A stretch of 64,000 bases of DNA. Origin: Eledone cirrhosa (Eukaryota). Made by a program: the position numbers and the translations under genes. The notes under the pieces were generated by a model. It was not told the origin of the DNA, made no database searches, and saw nothing but the letters and a program-made list of their open reading frames with translations. Shown here one piece after another: positions 15,493-26,894 of the stretch. Where the stretch lies: contig OZ024743.1 of assembly GCA_964016885.1 (NCBI GenBank), positions 204,538,001 through 204,602,000 of the forward strand. The letters run 5' to 3'. Numbering within the stretch: position 1 is the stretch's first letter; each line of letters starts with the position of its first letter.

Positions 15493-15640
15493 GATATTAA
15501 TAAATGGAAACTATATTTATAAAACCCTATTTATTTCATTATACATATTTCAGGGATACCTGAATTTAATTTGGTATCCCTGAAATATGTATAATGAAAT
15601 AAATATGGTTTTATAAATATAGTTTCCATTTATTAATATC
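15493..15640. repeat. Short near-perfect palindrome (~68-bp arms)
   Basis: gatattaataaatggaaac...cagggatacc / ggtatccctg...gtttccatttattaatatc. Confidence 0.9.
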
Positions 15641-15688
15641 ATATATCTACTCCAAATACTTGTCGAGTGCTTTATATCAGTTATAAAA

Positions 15689-15729
15689 ATATTTACTTGT
15701 TGTATCCCAACAATTTTAAATAGAACTTT

Positions 15730-15765
<36 letters not shown>

Positions 15766-15806
15766 AAAGTTCTATTTAAAATTGTTGGGATAGAACAAGT
15801 AAATAT
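15689..15806. repeat. Palindrome centred on a (TA)n tract
   Basis: atatttacttgttgtatcccaacaattttaaatagaacttttgc-(at)n-gcaaaagttctatttaaaattgttgggatagaacaagtaaatat. Confidence 0.9.
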
Positions 15807-15872
15807 ATAACATTCTTGCATAGTGACCAGCGAAACTGTACAGTCAGGACGATAGAAAAAAATAGGTATATA

Positions 15873-16062
15873 GGGCGGTGGATTGGCAGTATCGGTAGAG
15901 GGTCGGACGCCATGCTTTCCAGCATAGTTACGTCCCTTTACCATCTGAGTTCAAATCCCGCCGAGGTTGACTTTGCCTTTCATCCTTACGGGGTCGATAA
16001 AATAAAGTACCAGTAATGCACTGGTAATTGCTGGCCTTGTCCCTAAAGTAGAAACAATTATT
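15873..16062 (+). mobile_element. tRNA-derived SINE of the common octopus type
   Basis: A-box-like TGGCAGTATCGG, B-box GAGTTCAAATCC, body gactttgcctttcatccttacggggtcgataaaataaagtaccagt, short (att) tail. Confidence 0.85.
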
Positions 16063-16524
16063 CCTTTTTATAATATTTTACATAACTCTGATATTGTGTC
16101 AATTTAATTATTTCGATTATTTTGTCTCTCATAATCATAGAGTAACACTGGTTAAGTTCGACAACATACAATCTCACATACTTGTGAAAAATGTATGTTT
16201 ATATATACATGTATATGTATGTATACACATATATTTGTATACCTCTCATTATTGTCTCTAACTCCCTCACGGTAGAGTAACCACGGAAGTATAGTGACTG
16301 CTTTCAAGCAAACACTATATACACTTCTAGTCAACCTTACCACCCCTCTGTAGCCTATGTATCATATCAATATCTCCCTCCGCCTTCTGAAATATTTTCA
16401 CTGCTACAAGGGATTAATACCCTTTCTTGACCGGTGTATCACGTGATAGAGTCTCCCTCCGCCTTTCTGAGATTTTCTCGCATGCTACGGACGTATGTAG
16501 TTAGGGCTCTTCCCTGAGGTGCTC

Positions 16525-16611
16525 CCTTGATAAGCTGGCTTACCTCACAACAATGTTGTATATCTATGATATAACATTCTTGCATAGTGACCAGCGAAAC
16601 TGTACAGTAGG
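16525..16611 (+). ncRNA. Hammerhead ribozyme, U3-A8 core variant
   Basis: cc UUGAUAA gcugg...ccagc GAAA cuguacag UA gg. Helix III is an 8-nt palindrome. Confidence 0.72.
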
Positions 16612-16639
16612 TATATTGTATCTATTATTCCTTTTTATA

Positions 16640-16690
<51 letters not shown>

Positions 16691-16863
16691 CGTCCCGTCA
16701 CGCACAAGGCGCCAAGGTACGCATGTATTGTCCAACCAAGTGCCAGTGTGGTTCAATGGCGGGTTAATAAATTAACGAGCCAGAACAAATATAAACAAGG
16801 TTTAGTAAATAATGAAAAAGTTTCAAAATAAATTTTAAAAAAATGACTTTACCTACTATAGTT

Positions 16864-16947
16864 ACCTTTACCGATCGGTTTCGAATCCCAAAAATAAAAC
16901 GGAGGCCATACGGCCTTCGTTGCAAAGAGAGATTCTCGTCAGAAGGT
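16864..16947 (-). ncRNA. Hammerhead ribozyme (canonical core)
   Basis: Reverse complement of the 17285 HHR. Confidence 0.85.
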
Positions 16948-17284
16948 TCTTTTCATTCAAAGAATATAAAATTCCTGAATTTAAATCACAAACTAACGCT
17001 ATCAAAGACTGTTCCTGGGATGAGAGTGGATGATGTAGAACAGGTTTGTGACGGGAAGTATTTCATATTACTACTACCTCCACAAACGTTGAGAACAAAC
17101 AGGGTCATTCCGACTGCTGCTGATAACAGCGGTGGCTAGTTTGACCTACCTCCTTTTGCCTCTATCTTTACTACGGCCCTTGATAAACCTGTTCTACATC
17201 ATCCACTCTCATCCCAGGAACAGTCTTTGATAGCGCTAGTTTGTGATTTAAATTCAGGAATTTTATATTCTTTGAATGAAAAGA

Positions 17285-17368
17285 ACCTTCTGACGAGAAT
17301 CTCTCTTTGCATCGAAGGCCGTATGGCCTCCGTTTTATTTTTGGGATTCGAAACCGATCGGTAAAGGT
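17285..17368 (+). ncRNA. Hammerhead ribozyme (canonical core)
   Basis: accuu CUGACGA gaauc...gauuc GAAA ccgaucgg UA aaggu. Helix III is palindromic. Confidence 0.88.
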
Positions 17369-17435
17369 AACTATAGTAGGTAAAGTCAATTTTTTAAAAT
17401 TTATTTTGAAACTTTTTCATTATTTACTAAACCTT

Positions 17436-17472
<37 letters not shown>

Positions 17473-18391
17473 TATAAAAAGGAATAACACGCACTAACAC
17501 GCAACCACAACCCCACCAAACTATCCAGGATTCTACTGCAAAACATAAAAATAGTTGTAACTGCACCAAACCAGGTACGTGCCCACTGAATAACCAGTGC
17601 CTAGCACGCAATATTGTCTACCGGTGTACAATAAATTCCGGGACCAACAAATGGTATTACGTCGGATGTACCGCAACTTCTTTCAAGGCTCGCCTATACC
17701 AACATCGATCTTCGATCAGGCACCAGAAAATGCGCTCCGTAACAACCCTCGCCGATAAAGCCTGGCAGCTTCGGAGGAACAATCAAGCGTTCTCCCTTGA
17801 TTGGCAAATTATTGCAGCTGCGCCTGCATATCAGCAAAATCACCGATTCTGCAAGTTATGCAATTTAGAGATATACTGCATTTTAACGTCGGTAAACAAA
17901 CTTTTGAACAGCAAAATTGAACGTTCTCTATACTGTAACCATCGTTTGAAAACGACTTTTTCTTTTTTTAAATGCATATAATGTTACCTTTTTACACCAA
18001 CGTTTGCAAATTTCTGTCTTATATGTTTATAAACAAGATATGGCTTTCTATAATAATAGTACTAAACACTGTTTTTCTGGACCCCTTTAGAAATAACCTG
18101 CTACTATAATAGCCCTAATAACTTGTCTGTGACACTGTACCACTTTGACCCCTTTAACTAAATTTTGTCCGAACAACACCACTAGAAGAATCTACTTCCC
18201 AGCCAACCTTAGCACGCCTCATTAAGCTAACTGCTGCAAAAACATTCTCTCTTCACAATCTCTACTAGTCTGACAGTCTTATATCCTAAGACTCCCTCCA
18301 CCTTACTCACTTCCCTCTTCCCCTTCTCTTCCTACCTCCTTCTTTATCTTTTATCTAGTGTATAAAATATTTTCATATCATTCTAATACAA

Positions 18392-18508
18392 AGGTCTGAT
18401 GACATGGTGTGTTGGCTTACAGTGTACCTTCGGTTTATGATAATATTTGTGTATTATTCAAATAGCGAGGTATAGGTAACTCAATCACTATAGAAACAAT
18501 TGTTACCT
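18392..18508 (+). ncRNA. HHR of family A pLTR (copies at 21395..21511 and 24398..24514)
   Basis: aggu CUGAUGA c-auggug...cacuau-a GAAA caauug UU accu. Long helix II insert; palindromic helix III. Confidence 0.78.
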
Positions 18509-18539
18509 AATAAATTCTATATACCCGCATTTCCATTTC

Positions 18540-18685
18540 GTAAATTTTTTCTCCATATTTTCTCCGGATTTTAAAACACACTTTATTATACGTTGAGCAA
18601 TCTCTGACGTCAGTTGACTCCATCCAATGCAACTACTTAGTAACATTGGAATACAAATTAACTAATTCTTCACACTCCTTTACAG
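18540..18685 (+). other. Putative retained spliceosomal intron in the family A 5' UTR (second copy 21543..21688)
   Basis: Candidate donor GTAAAT, branch-like ACTAAT at 18661, pyrimidine tract and TACAG acceptor 30 nt before the ATG at 18716. The donor is less certain than the acceptor. Confidence 0.55.
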
Positions 18686-18715
18686 TTGAGCAACCTATCA
18701 ACCCGCGTCTTTGAA

Positions 18716-20998
18716 ATGGAAAAACATCATTGTGGTATGTCCTTAAAAAACATATCCATTCTGGGTAAAAAGGATTACATTCTTGGTATGATACAAAGGA
18801 CCAAAGAATTTATTCGGCGGATTAGATGGAAGGCCTTCCACTTCGATAGGAAAAGGATTACACAAACTTCGGACACCAACAACGAGAAGTTTGGTTTCAA
18901 ATCCTACAAAAACCCACCCTCTAACCCTCTTTTGGATTCTTTCGAACAGGACTTAATGAAAATGATAACCGGAATCAAATTTACAAACGGAAGGAAAAAC
19001 GAACTGCAACGAGATATTAAAACTCTACTCAACAACCTAAGGAATACCAAAGGAATTATCATAAAGGCAGACAAAACTTCGAATCTATACACCCTGGATG
19101 TAGAAACTTATAACAATTTTATACGTAAGGAATTACATAGGAAGTACAAAAAAACAAACGCAACTACACTAACCAACATTAATAACGCAGCATGTGATAT
19201 TGTTAGGAAACTGAAAATTGACGACAGAACGGTACCCCTATCCCCAGCTACACCGACTTTTAATCTGAAGGACCATAAGGATAACTTCGATACTAACCCT
19301 AAAATTAGATTAATATGTCCTTCAAAGTCCGATATAGGTAGAATTAGTAAGTACATATTAGATCGTATTATCCCCCAAGTTAAGGCTAAGGTAGATATTA
19401 AATTATGGGGTAATACTCATCAGGCAATAAGATGGTTCAATAACATTAGGGACAAAAACAAATCTTCTTTTATTCAATTCGATATAGATGAATACTATTC
19501 CTCTATTTCACCCGAAACCCTGCATAAGGCCCTCTCTTTCGCTAAGACTAACTCGGACCTCACAAACGAGGAAATTAATATTATACTTGAAGCTAGACGC
19601 ACAGTAGTGCACTTTGAAAATAGTTATTGGGTCCGCAGGGATAGACCCTCGGAATTCGACATTACGATGGGTTCTAATGATTAGGCGGAGGTCACGGATT
19701 TGGTTGGGATCTATATAGCCCATAGACTCCAGAGCGAATTTACGGACCTCCACGGCGGAATATACCGCGACGATACACTTCTATTAGTCAAGAATATGAA
19801 CAAACAAAACCTAGAAAGGCGACGTAAAAACATTAGGAAACTTTTCTTAGAACTAGGGCTTAATATTACCTTCGAACACAATCTTAAGGTGGTCAACTTC
19901 TTGGATGTCACCTTCAACCTTAATAACGGTAATATAGAGCCATTTCACAAACTTAATGAAAATCTTAAGTACGTTAATGTAAAATCGAACCATCCTCATT
20001 CCATTATTAAATCTATCCCTAAAAATATATCCATAAGGATCTCCCGACTGTCGTCTAATTTGCAGACCTTCAACGAGCATGCTGAATATTATAATGACGC
20101 ACTTAGAAAAGCTGGTTACTGCGAGAAAATTGAATATCTAGACGATAACCACTTAAGTACTATGAATAAAACACATCTAAGTCGAACTAGTATTGCACCA
20201 CACACACACATCAATAGGCATACTAACAGGTGCAAACCAGCAAATAGAGTCAGACGTAGAGAGTACATATGGTATAACCCCGTGTACAATTCTTCTATTA
20301 GCACTAAGATTATCTCACAATTCTATACACTAATCAATAAACACTTTACAACTTCACATAAATACTATAAAATCTTTAACTCGCGCACCATTAGACTCTC
20401 ATACTCCACTGCACCTAACATAGAACAACTAATTAGAAAACTTAACTCAGCAATACTGAATAAGTACATCCCTAATGACTCAGCGCACCAGCATAGCAAC
20501 ATACAACGCACTAACACGCAACCACAACCCCACCAAACTATCCAGGATTCTACTGCAAAACATAAAAATAGTTGTAACTGCACCAAACCAGGTACGTGCC
20601 CACCGAATAACCAGTGCCTAGCACGCAATATTGTCTACCGGTGTACAATAAATTCCGGGACCAACAAATGGTATTACGTCGGATGTACCGCAACTTCTTT
20701 CAAGGCTCGCCTATACCAACATCGATCTTCGATCAGGCACCAGAAAATGCGCTCCGTAACAACCCTCGCCGATAAAGCCTGGAAGCTTCGGAGGAACAAT
20801 CAAGCGTTCTCCCGTGATTGGCAAATTATTGCAGCTGCGCCTGCATATCAGCAAAATCATCGATTCTGCAAGTTATGCAATTTAGAGATATACTGCATTT
20901 TAACGTCGGTAAACAAACTTTTGAACAGCAAAATTGAACGTTCTCTATACTGTAACTATCGTTTGAAAACGACTTTTTCTTTTTTTAAATGCATATAA
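18716..20998 (+). pseudogene. PLE family A ORF, unit 1, with a premature TAG at 19682-19684
   Basis: Near-identical to unit 2, but TCG>TAG in the GSND-S-AE motif splits it into 332-aa and 432-aa ORFs. Confidence 0.92.
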
Positions 20999-21718
20999 TG
21001 TTACCTTTTTACACCAACGTTTGCAAATTTCTGTCTTATATGTTTATAAACAAGATATGGCTTTCTATAATAATAGTACTAAACACTGTTTTTCTGGACC
21101 CCTTTAGAAATAACCTGCTACTATAATAGCCCTAATAACTTGTCTGTGACACTGTACCACTTTGACCCCTTTAACTAAATTTTGTCCGAACAACACCACT
21201 AGAAGAATCTACTTCCCAGCCAACCTTAGCACGCCTCATTAAGCTAACTGCTGCCAAAACATTCTCTCTTCACCATCTCTACTAGTCTTATATCCTCCCT
21301 CCACCTTACTCACTTCCCTCTTCCCCTTCTCTTCCTACCTCCTTCTTTATCTTTTATCTAGTGTATAAAATATTTTCATATCATTCTAATACAAAGGTCT
21401 GATGACATGGTGTGTTGGCTTACAGTGTACCTTCGGTTTATGATAATATTTGTGTATTATTCAAATAGCGAGGTATAGGTAACTCAATCACTATAGAAAC
21501 AATTGTTACCTAATAAATTCTATATACCCGCATTTCCATTTCGTAAATTTTTTCTCCATATTTTCTCCGGATTTTAAAACACACTTTATTATACGTTGAG
21601 CAATCTCTGACGTCAGTTGACTCCATCCAATGCAACTACTTAGTAACATTGGAATACAAATTAACTAATTCTTCACACTCCTTTACAGTTGAGCAACCTA
21701 TCAACCCGCGTCTTTGAA

Positions 21719-24001
21719 ATGGAAAAACATCATTGTGGTATGTCCTTAAAAAACATATCCATTCTGGGTAAAAAGGATTACATTCTTGGTATGATACAAA
21801 GGACCAAAGAATTTATTCGGCGGATTAGATGGAAGGCCTTCCACTTCGATAGGAAAAGGATTACACAAACTTCGGACACCAACAACGAGAAGTTTGGTTT
21901 CAAATCCTACAAAAACCCACCCTCTAACCCTCTTTTGGATTCTTTCGAACAGGACTTAATGAAAATGATAACCGGAATCAAATTTACAAACGGAAGGAAA
22001 AACGAACTGCAACGAGATATTAAAACTCTACTCAACAACCTAAGGAATACCAAAGGAATTATCATAAAGGCAGACAAAACTTCGAATCTATACACCCTGG
22101 ATGTAGAAACTTATAACAATTTTATACGTAAGGAATTACATAGGAAGTACAAAAAAACAAACGCAACTACACTAACCAACATTAATAACGCAGCATGTGA
22201 TATTGTTAGGAAACTGAAAATTGACGACAGAACGGTACCCCTATCCCCAGCTACACCGACTTTTAATCTGAAGGACCATAAGGATAACTTCGATACTAAC
22301 CCTAAAATTAGATTAATATGTCCTTCAAAGTCCGATATAGGTAGAATTAGTAAGTACATATTAGATCGTATTATCCCCCAAGTTAAGGCTAAGGTAGATA
22401 TTAAATTATGGGGTAATACTCATCAGGCAATAAGATGGTTCAATAACATTAGGGACAAAAACAAATCTTCTTTTATTCAATTCGATATAGATGAATACTA
22501 TTCCTCTATTTCACCCGAAACCTTGCATAAGGCCCTCTCTTTCGCTAAGACTAACTCGGACCTCACAAACGAGGAAATTAATATTATACTTGAAGCTAGA
22601 CGCACAGTAGTGCACTTTGAAAATAGTTATTGGGTCCGCAGGGATAGACCCTCGGAATTCGACATTACGATGGGTTCTAATGATTCGGCGGAGGTCACGG
22701 ATTTGGTTGGGATCTATATAGCCCATAGACTCCAGAGCGAATTTACGGACCTCCACAGCGGAATATACCGCGACGATACACTTCTATTAGTCAAGAATAT
22801 GAACAAACAAAACCTAGAAAGGCGACGTAAAAACATTAGGAAACTTTTCTTAGAACTAGGGCTTAATATTACCTTCGAACACAATCTTAAGGTGGTCAAC
22901 TTCTTGGATGTCACCTTCAACCTTAATAACGGTAATATAGAGCCATTTCACAAACTTAATGAAAATCTTAAGTACGTTAATGTAAAATCGAACCATCCTC
23001 ATTCCATTATTAAATCTATCCCTAAAAATATATCCATAAGGATCTCCCGACTGTCGTCTAATTTGCAGACCTTCAACGAGCATGCTGAATATTATAATGA
23101 CGCACTTAGAAAAGCTGGTTACTGCGAGAAAATTGAATATCTAGACGATAACCACTTAAGTACTATGAATAAAACACATCTAAGTCGAACTAGTATTGCA
23201 CCACACACACACATCAATAGGCATACTAACAGGTGCAAACCAGCAAATAGAGTCAGACGTAGAGAGTACATATGGTATAACCCCGTGTACAATTCTTCTA
23301 TTAGCACTAAGATTATCTCACAATTCTATACACTAATCAATAAACACTTTACAACTTCACATAAATACTATAAAATCTTTAACTCGCGCACCATTAGACT
23401 CTCATACTCCACTGCACCTAACATAGAACAACTAATTAGAAAACTTAACTCAGCAATACTGAATAAGTACATCCCTAATGACTCAGCGCACCAGCATAGC
23501 AACATACAACGCACTAACACGCAACCACAACCCCACCAAACTATCCAGGATTCTACTGCAAAACATAAAAATAGTTGTAACTGCACCAAACCAGGTACGT
23601 GCCCACCGAATAACCAGTGCCTAGCACGCAATATTGTCTACCGGTGTACAATAAATTCCGGGACCAACAAATGGTATTACGTCGGATGTACCGCAACTTC
23701 TTTCAAGGCTCGCCTATACCAACATCGATCTTCGATCAGGCACCAGAAAATGCGCTCCGTAACAACCCTCGCCGATAAAGCCTGGAAGCTTCGGAGGAAC
23801 AATCAAGCGTTCTCCCTTGATTGGCAAATTATTGCAGCTGCGCCTGCATATCAGCAAAATCATCGATTCTGCAAGTTATGCAATTTAGAGATATACTGCA
23901 TTTTAACGTCGGTAAACAAACTTTTGAACAGCAAAATTGAACGTTCTCTATACTGTAACTATCGTTTGAAAACGACTTTTTCTTTTTTTAAATGCATATA
24001 A
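21719..24001 (+). CDS. Intact PLE RT + GIY-YIG endonuclease, 760 aa from the first ATG (Hydra-clade-like by my recollection of motifs)
   Basis: Uninterrupted ORF: SLKNI...RIRWKA, IKADKT, QFDIDEYY, ITMGSND, GIYRDD, VNFLDV, CNC..CP...C, NIVY...YYVG...FKARLYQH, CKLC...CNY. Confidence 0.95.
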   Translation: MEKHHCGMSLKNISILGKKDYILGMIQRTKEFIRRIRWKAFHFDRKRITQTSDTNNEKFGFKSYKNPPSNPLLDSFEQDLMKMITGIKFTNGRKNELQRDIKTLLNNLRNTKGIIIKADKTSNLYTLDVETYNNFIRKELHRKYKKTNATTLTNINNAACDIVRKLKIDDRTVPLSPATPTFNLKDHKDNFDTNPKIRLICPSKSDIGRISKYILDRIIPQVKAKVDIKLWGNTHQAIRWFNNIRDKNKSSFIQFDIDEYYSSISPETLHKALSFAKTNSDLTNEEINIILEARRTVVHFENSYWVRRDRPSEFDITMGSNDSAEVTDLVGIYIAHRLQSEFTDLHSGIYRDDTLLLVKNMNKQNLERRRKNIRKLFLELGLNITFEHNLKVVNFLDVTFNLNNGNIEPFHKLNENLKYVNVKSNHPHSIIKSIPKNISIRISRLSSNLQTFNEHAEYYNDALRKAGYCEKIEYLDDNHLSTMNKTHLSRTSIAPHTHINRHTNRCKPANRVRRREYIWYNPVYNSSISTKIISQFYTLINKHFTTSHKYYKIFNSRTIRLSYSTAPNIEQLIRKLNSAILNKYIPNDSAHQHSNIQRTNTQPQPHQTIQDSTAKHKNSCNCTKPGTCPPNNQCLARNIVYRCTINSGTNKWYYVGCTATSFKARLYQHRSSIRHQKMRSVTTLADKAWKLRRNNQAFSLDWQIIAAAPAYQQNHRFCKLCNLEIYCILTSVNKLLNSKIERSLYCNYRLKTTFSFFKCI

Positions 24002-24608
24002 TGTTACCTTTTTACACCAACGTTTGCAAATTTCTGTCTTATATGTTTATACACAAGATATGGCTTTCTATAATAATAGTACTAAACACTGTTTTTCTGG
24101 ACCCCTTTAGAAATAACCTGCTACTATAATAGCCCTAATAACTTGTCTGTGACACTGTACCACTTTGACCCCTTTAACTAAATTTTGTCCGAACAACACC
24201 ACTAGAAGAATCTACTTCCCAGCCAACCTTAGCACGCCTCATTAAGCTAACTGCTGCCAAAACATTTTCTCTTCACCATCTCTACTAGTCTTATATCCTC
24301 CCTCCACCTTACTCACTTCCCTCTTCCCCTTCTCTTCCTACCTCCTTCTTTATCTTTTATCTAGTGTAAAAAATATTTTCATATCATTCTAATACAAAGG
24401 TCTGATGACATGGTGTGTTGGCTTACAGTGTACCTTCGGTTTATGATAATATTTGTGTATTATTCAAATAGCGAGGTATAGGTAACTCATACGCTATAGA
24501 AACAATTGTTACCTAATAAATTCTATATACCCGCATTTCCATTTCGTAAATTTTTTCTCTCTCTATATATATATATATAGATATAGATATATATAGATAT
24601 ATATATAT

Positions 24609-24955
24609 CACATAAGAAACGGAGAACCAGTGGTGTGTCGAATTAAAATTTATTAGACATATTACAATCGTTTCTCTGGCGACCGGCTCGAGGCACGATC
24701 GATGCAATGATCGAACCTGACTCTGAAATGATATTATACTCTGCTCTGTAAGAGGATCGAGTGCATATATATATATATATATATGTATTATAAAGAAAAC
24801 GAAAAATCAGTGATGCATCTGGACTTAATTTATTACGTGTTACAATTGTTTCTCCGGCAGGTAGCTCGAGACATGGTCCTTGTATGGATCGGCTGATTCT
24901 ACTTCTGCAGGTTCATTCAGACACGAGTATTTCGTTAGGAGCAAATTTTATCACT
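24609..24955 (-). mobile_element. Two short related HHR-tail modules separated by (TA)n
   Basis: Both end GAGAAAcaattg TA ... TAATAAATT on the minus strand (one SNP in the left arm). The 24836 module has a complete HHR; the 24609 module lacks a visible CUGA core. Confidence 0.6.
24836..24925 (-). ncRNA. HHR with a 1-nt core insertion
   Basis: cgugu CUGAAUGA a-ccugcag...cugccgg-a GAAA caauug UA acacg. Confidence 0.65.
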
Positions 24956-25027
24956 CATATATATATATCACTCATATATATATCACTCATATATATATCA
25001 CTCATATATATATATATATATATATAT

Positions 25028-26894
25028 GAATATAGACATAGAATAATCGAAAATATTCTGTATGTTTATAATAAACATTTTGAAGACCTAATCGCTATAG
25101 AATAGAATACGTCACGTATTACAATTAGATTCTCGATAAAAGCAAGGGAAGTAATCTACGCGTTTCATTCTTGTTAGAAATCATCAGGACTACATATCCA
25201 GTGCTTTTATCGAGAATGACACAGCTAGAGACTTATAGAATACTTAGCTGTGTACAGGAACTGGTTTGAAAGAGCGGTTGCCGGTCCGGCAGAAATTAGA
25301 AATTGGAATAAATGCTCTGAAATAGCGATATATATGTGAATATAGACATAGAATAATCGAAAATATTCTGTATGTTTATAATAAACATTTTGAAGACCTA
25401 ATCGCTATAGAATAGAATACGTCACGTATTACAATTAGATTCTCGATAAAAGCAAGGGAAGTAATCTACGCGTTTCATTCTTGTTAGAAATCATCAGGAC
25501 TACATATCCAGTGCTTTTATCGAGAATGACACAGCTAGAGACTTATAGAATACTTAGCTGTGTACAGGAACTGGTTTGAAAGAGCGGTTGCCGGTCCGGC
25601 AGAAATTAGAAATTGGAATAAATGCTCTGAAATAGCGATATATATGTGAATATAGACATAGAATAATCGAAAATATTCTGTATGTTTATAATAAACATTT
25701 TGAAGACCTAATCGCTATAGAATAGAATACGTCACGTATTACAATTAGATTCTCGATAAAAGCAAGGGAAGTAATCTACGCGTTTCATTCTTGTTAGAAA
25801 TCATCAGGACTACATATCCAGTGCTTTTATCGAGAATGACACAGCTAGAGACTTATAGAATACTTAGCTGTGTACAGGAACTGGTTTGAAAGAGCGGTTG
25901 CCGGTCCGGCAGAAATTAGAAATTGGAATAAATGCTCTGAAATAGCGATATATATGTGAATATAGACATAGAATAATCGAAAATATTCTGTATGTTTATA
26001 ATAAACATTTTGAAGACCTAATCGCTATAGAATAGAATACGTCACGTATTACAATTAGATTCTCGATAAAAGCAAGGGAAGTAATCTACGCGTTTCATTC
26101 TTGTTAGAAATCATCAGGACTACATATCCAGTGCTTTTATCGAGAATGACACAGCTAGAGACTTATAGAATACTTAGCTGTGTACAGGAACTGGTTTGAA
26201 AGAGCGGTTGCCGGTCCGGCAGAAATTAGAAATTGGAATAAATGCTCTGAAATAGCGATATATATGTGAATATAGACATAGAATAATCGAAAATATTCTG
26301 TATGTTTATAATAAACATTTTGAAGACCTAATCGCTATAGAATAGAATACGTCACGTATTACAATTAGATTCTCGATAAAAGCAAGGGAAGTAATCTACG
26401 CGTTTCATTCTTGTTAGAAATCATCAGGACTACATATCCAGTGCTTTTATCGAGAATGACACAGCTAGAGACTTATAGAATACTTAGCTGTGTACAGGAA
26501 CTGGTTTGAAAGAGCGGTTGCCGGTCCGGCAGAAATTAGAAATTGGAATAAATGCTCTGAAATAGCGATATATATGTGAATATAGACATAGAATAATCGA
26601 AAATATTCTGTATGTTTATAATAAACATTTTGAAGACCTAATCGCTATAGAATAGAATACGTCACGTATTACAATTAGATTCTCGATAAAAGCAAGGGAA
26701 GTAATCTACGCGTTTCATTCTTGTTAGAAATCATCAGGACTACATATCCAGTGCTTTTATCGAGAATGACACAGCTAGAGACTTATAGAATACTTAGCTG
26801 TGTACAGGAACTGGTTTGAAAGAGCGGTTGCCGGTCCGGCAGAAATTAGAAATTGGAATAAATGCTCTGAAATAGCGATATATATGTGAATATA

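Larger units (their letters stand above)
15806..16648 (+). mobile_element. Retrozyme-like non-coding element (partial + full unit) interrupted by a SINE
   Basis: Direct repeats tataacattcttgcatagtgaccagcgaaactgtacagt (15806, 16570) and tattcctttttataatatttta (16059, 16626). HHR at 16525; ends at (TA)n. Confidence 0.7.
16684..17442. mobile_element. Head-to-head non-coding HHR element (arms 16790..17047 / 17185..17442) inserted in (TA)n
   Basis: ~258-bp inverted arms with a 137-bp spacer. Each arm holds an HHR pointing outward, and (TA)n lies on both sides. Confidence 0.85.
17489..24562 (+). mobile_element. Tandem PLE family A: pLTR - unit 1 - unit 2 (period 3003 bp)
   Basis: The ORF 3' end, 3' UTR and HHR repeat three times (ending ~18553, ~21556, ~24559). 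ORF starts are at 18686 and 21689. Ends at (TA)n. Confidence 0.95.

Noticed and set aside
15873-15962. tRNA gene
   Set aside because: A and B boxes are present, but there is no cloverleaf and it continues into a SINE body.
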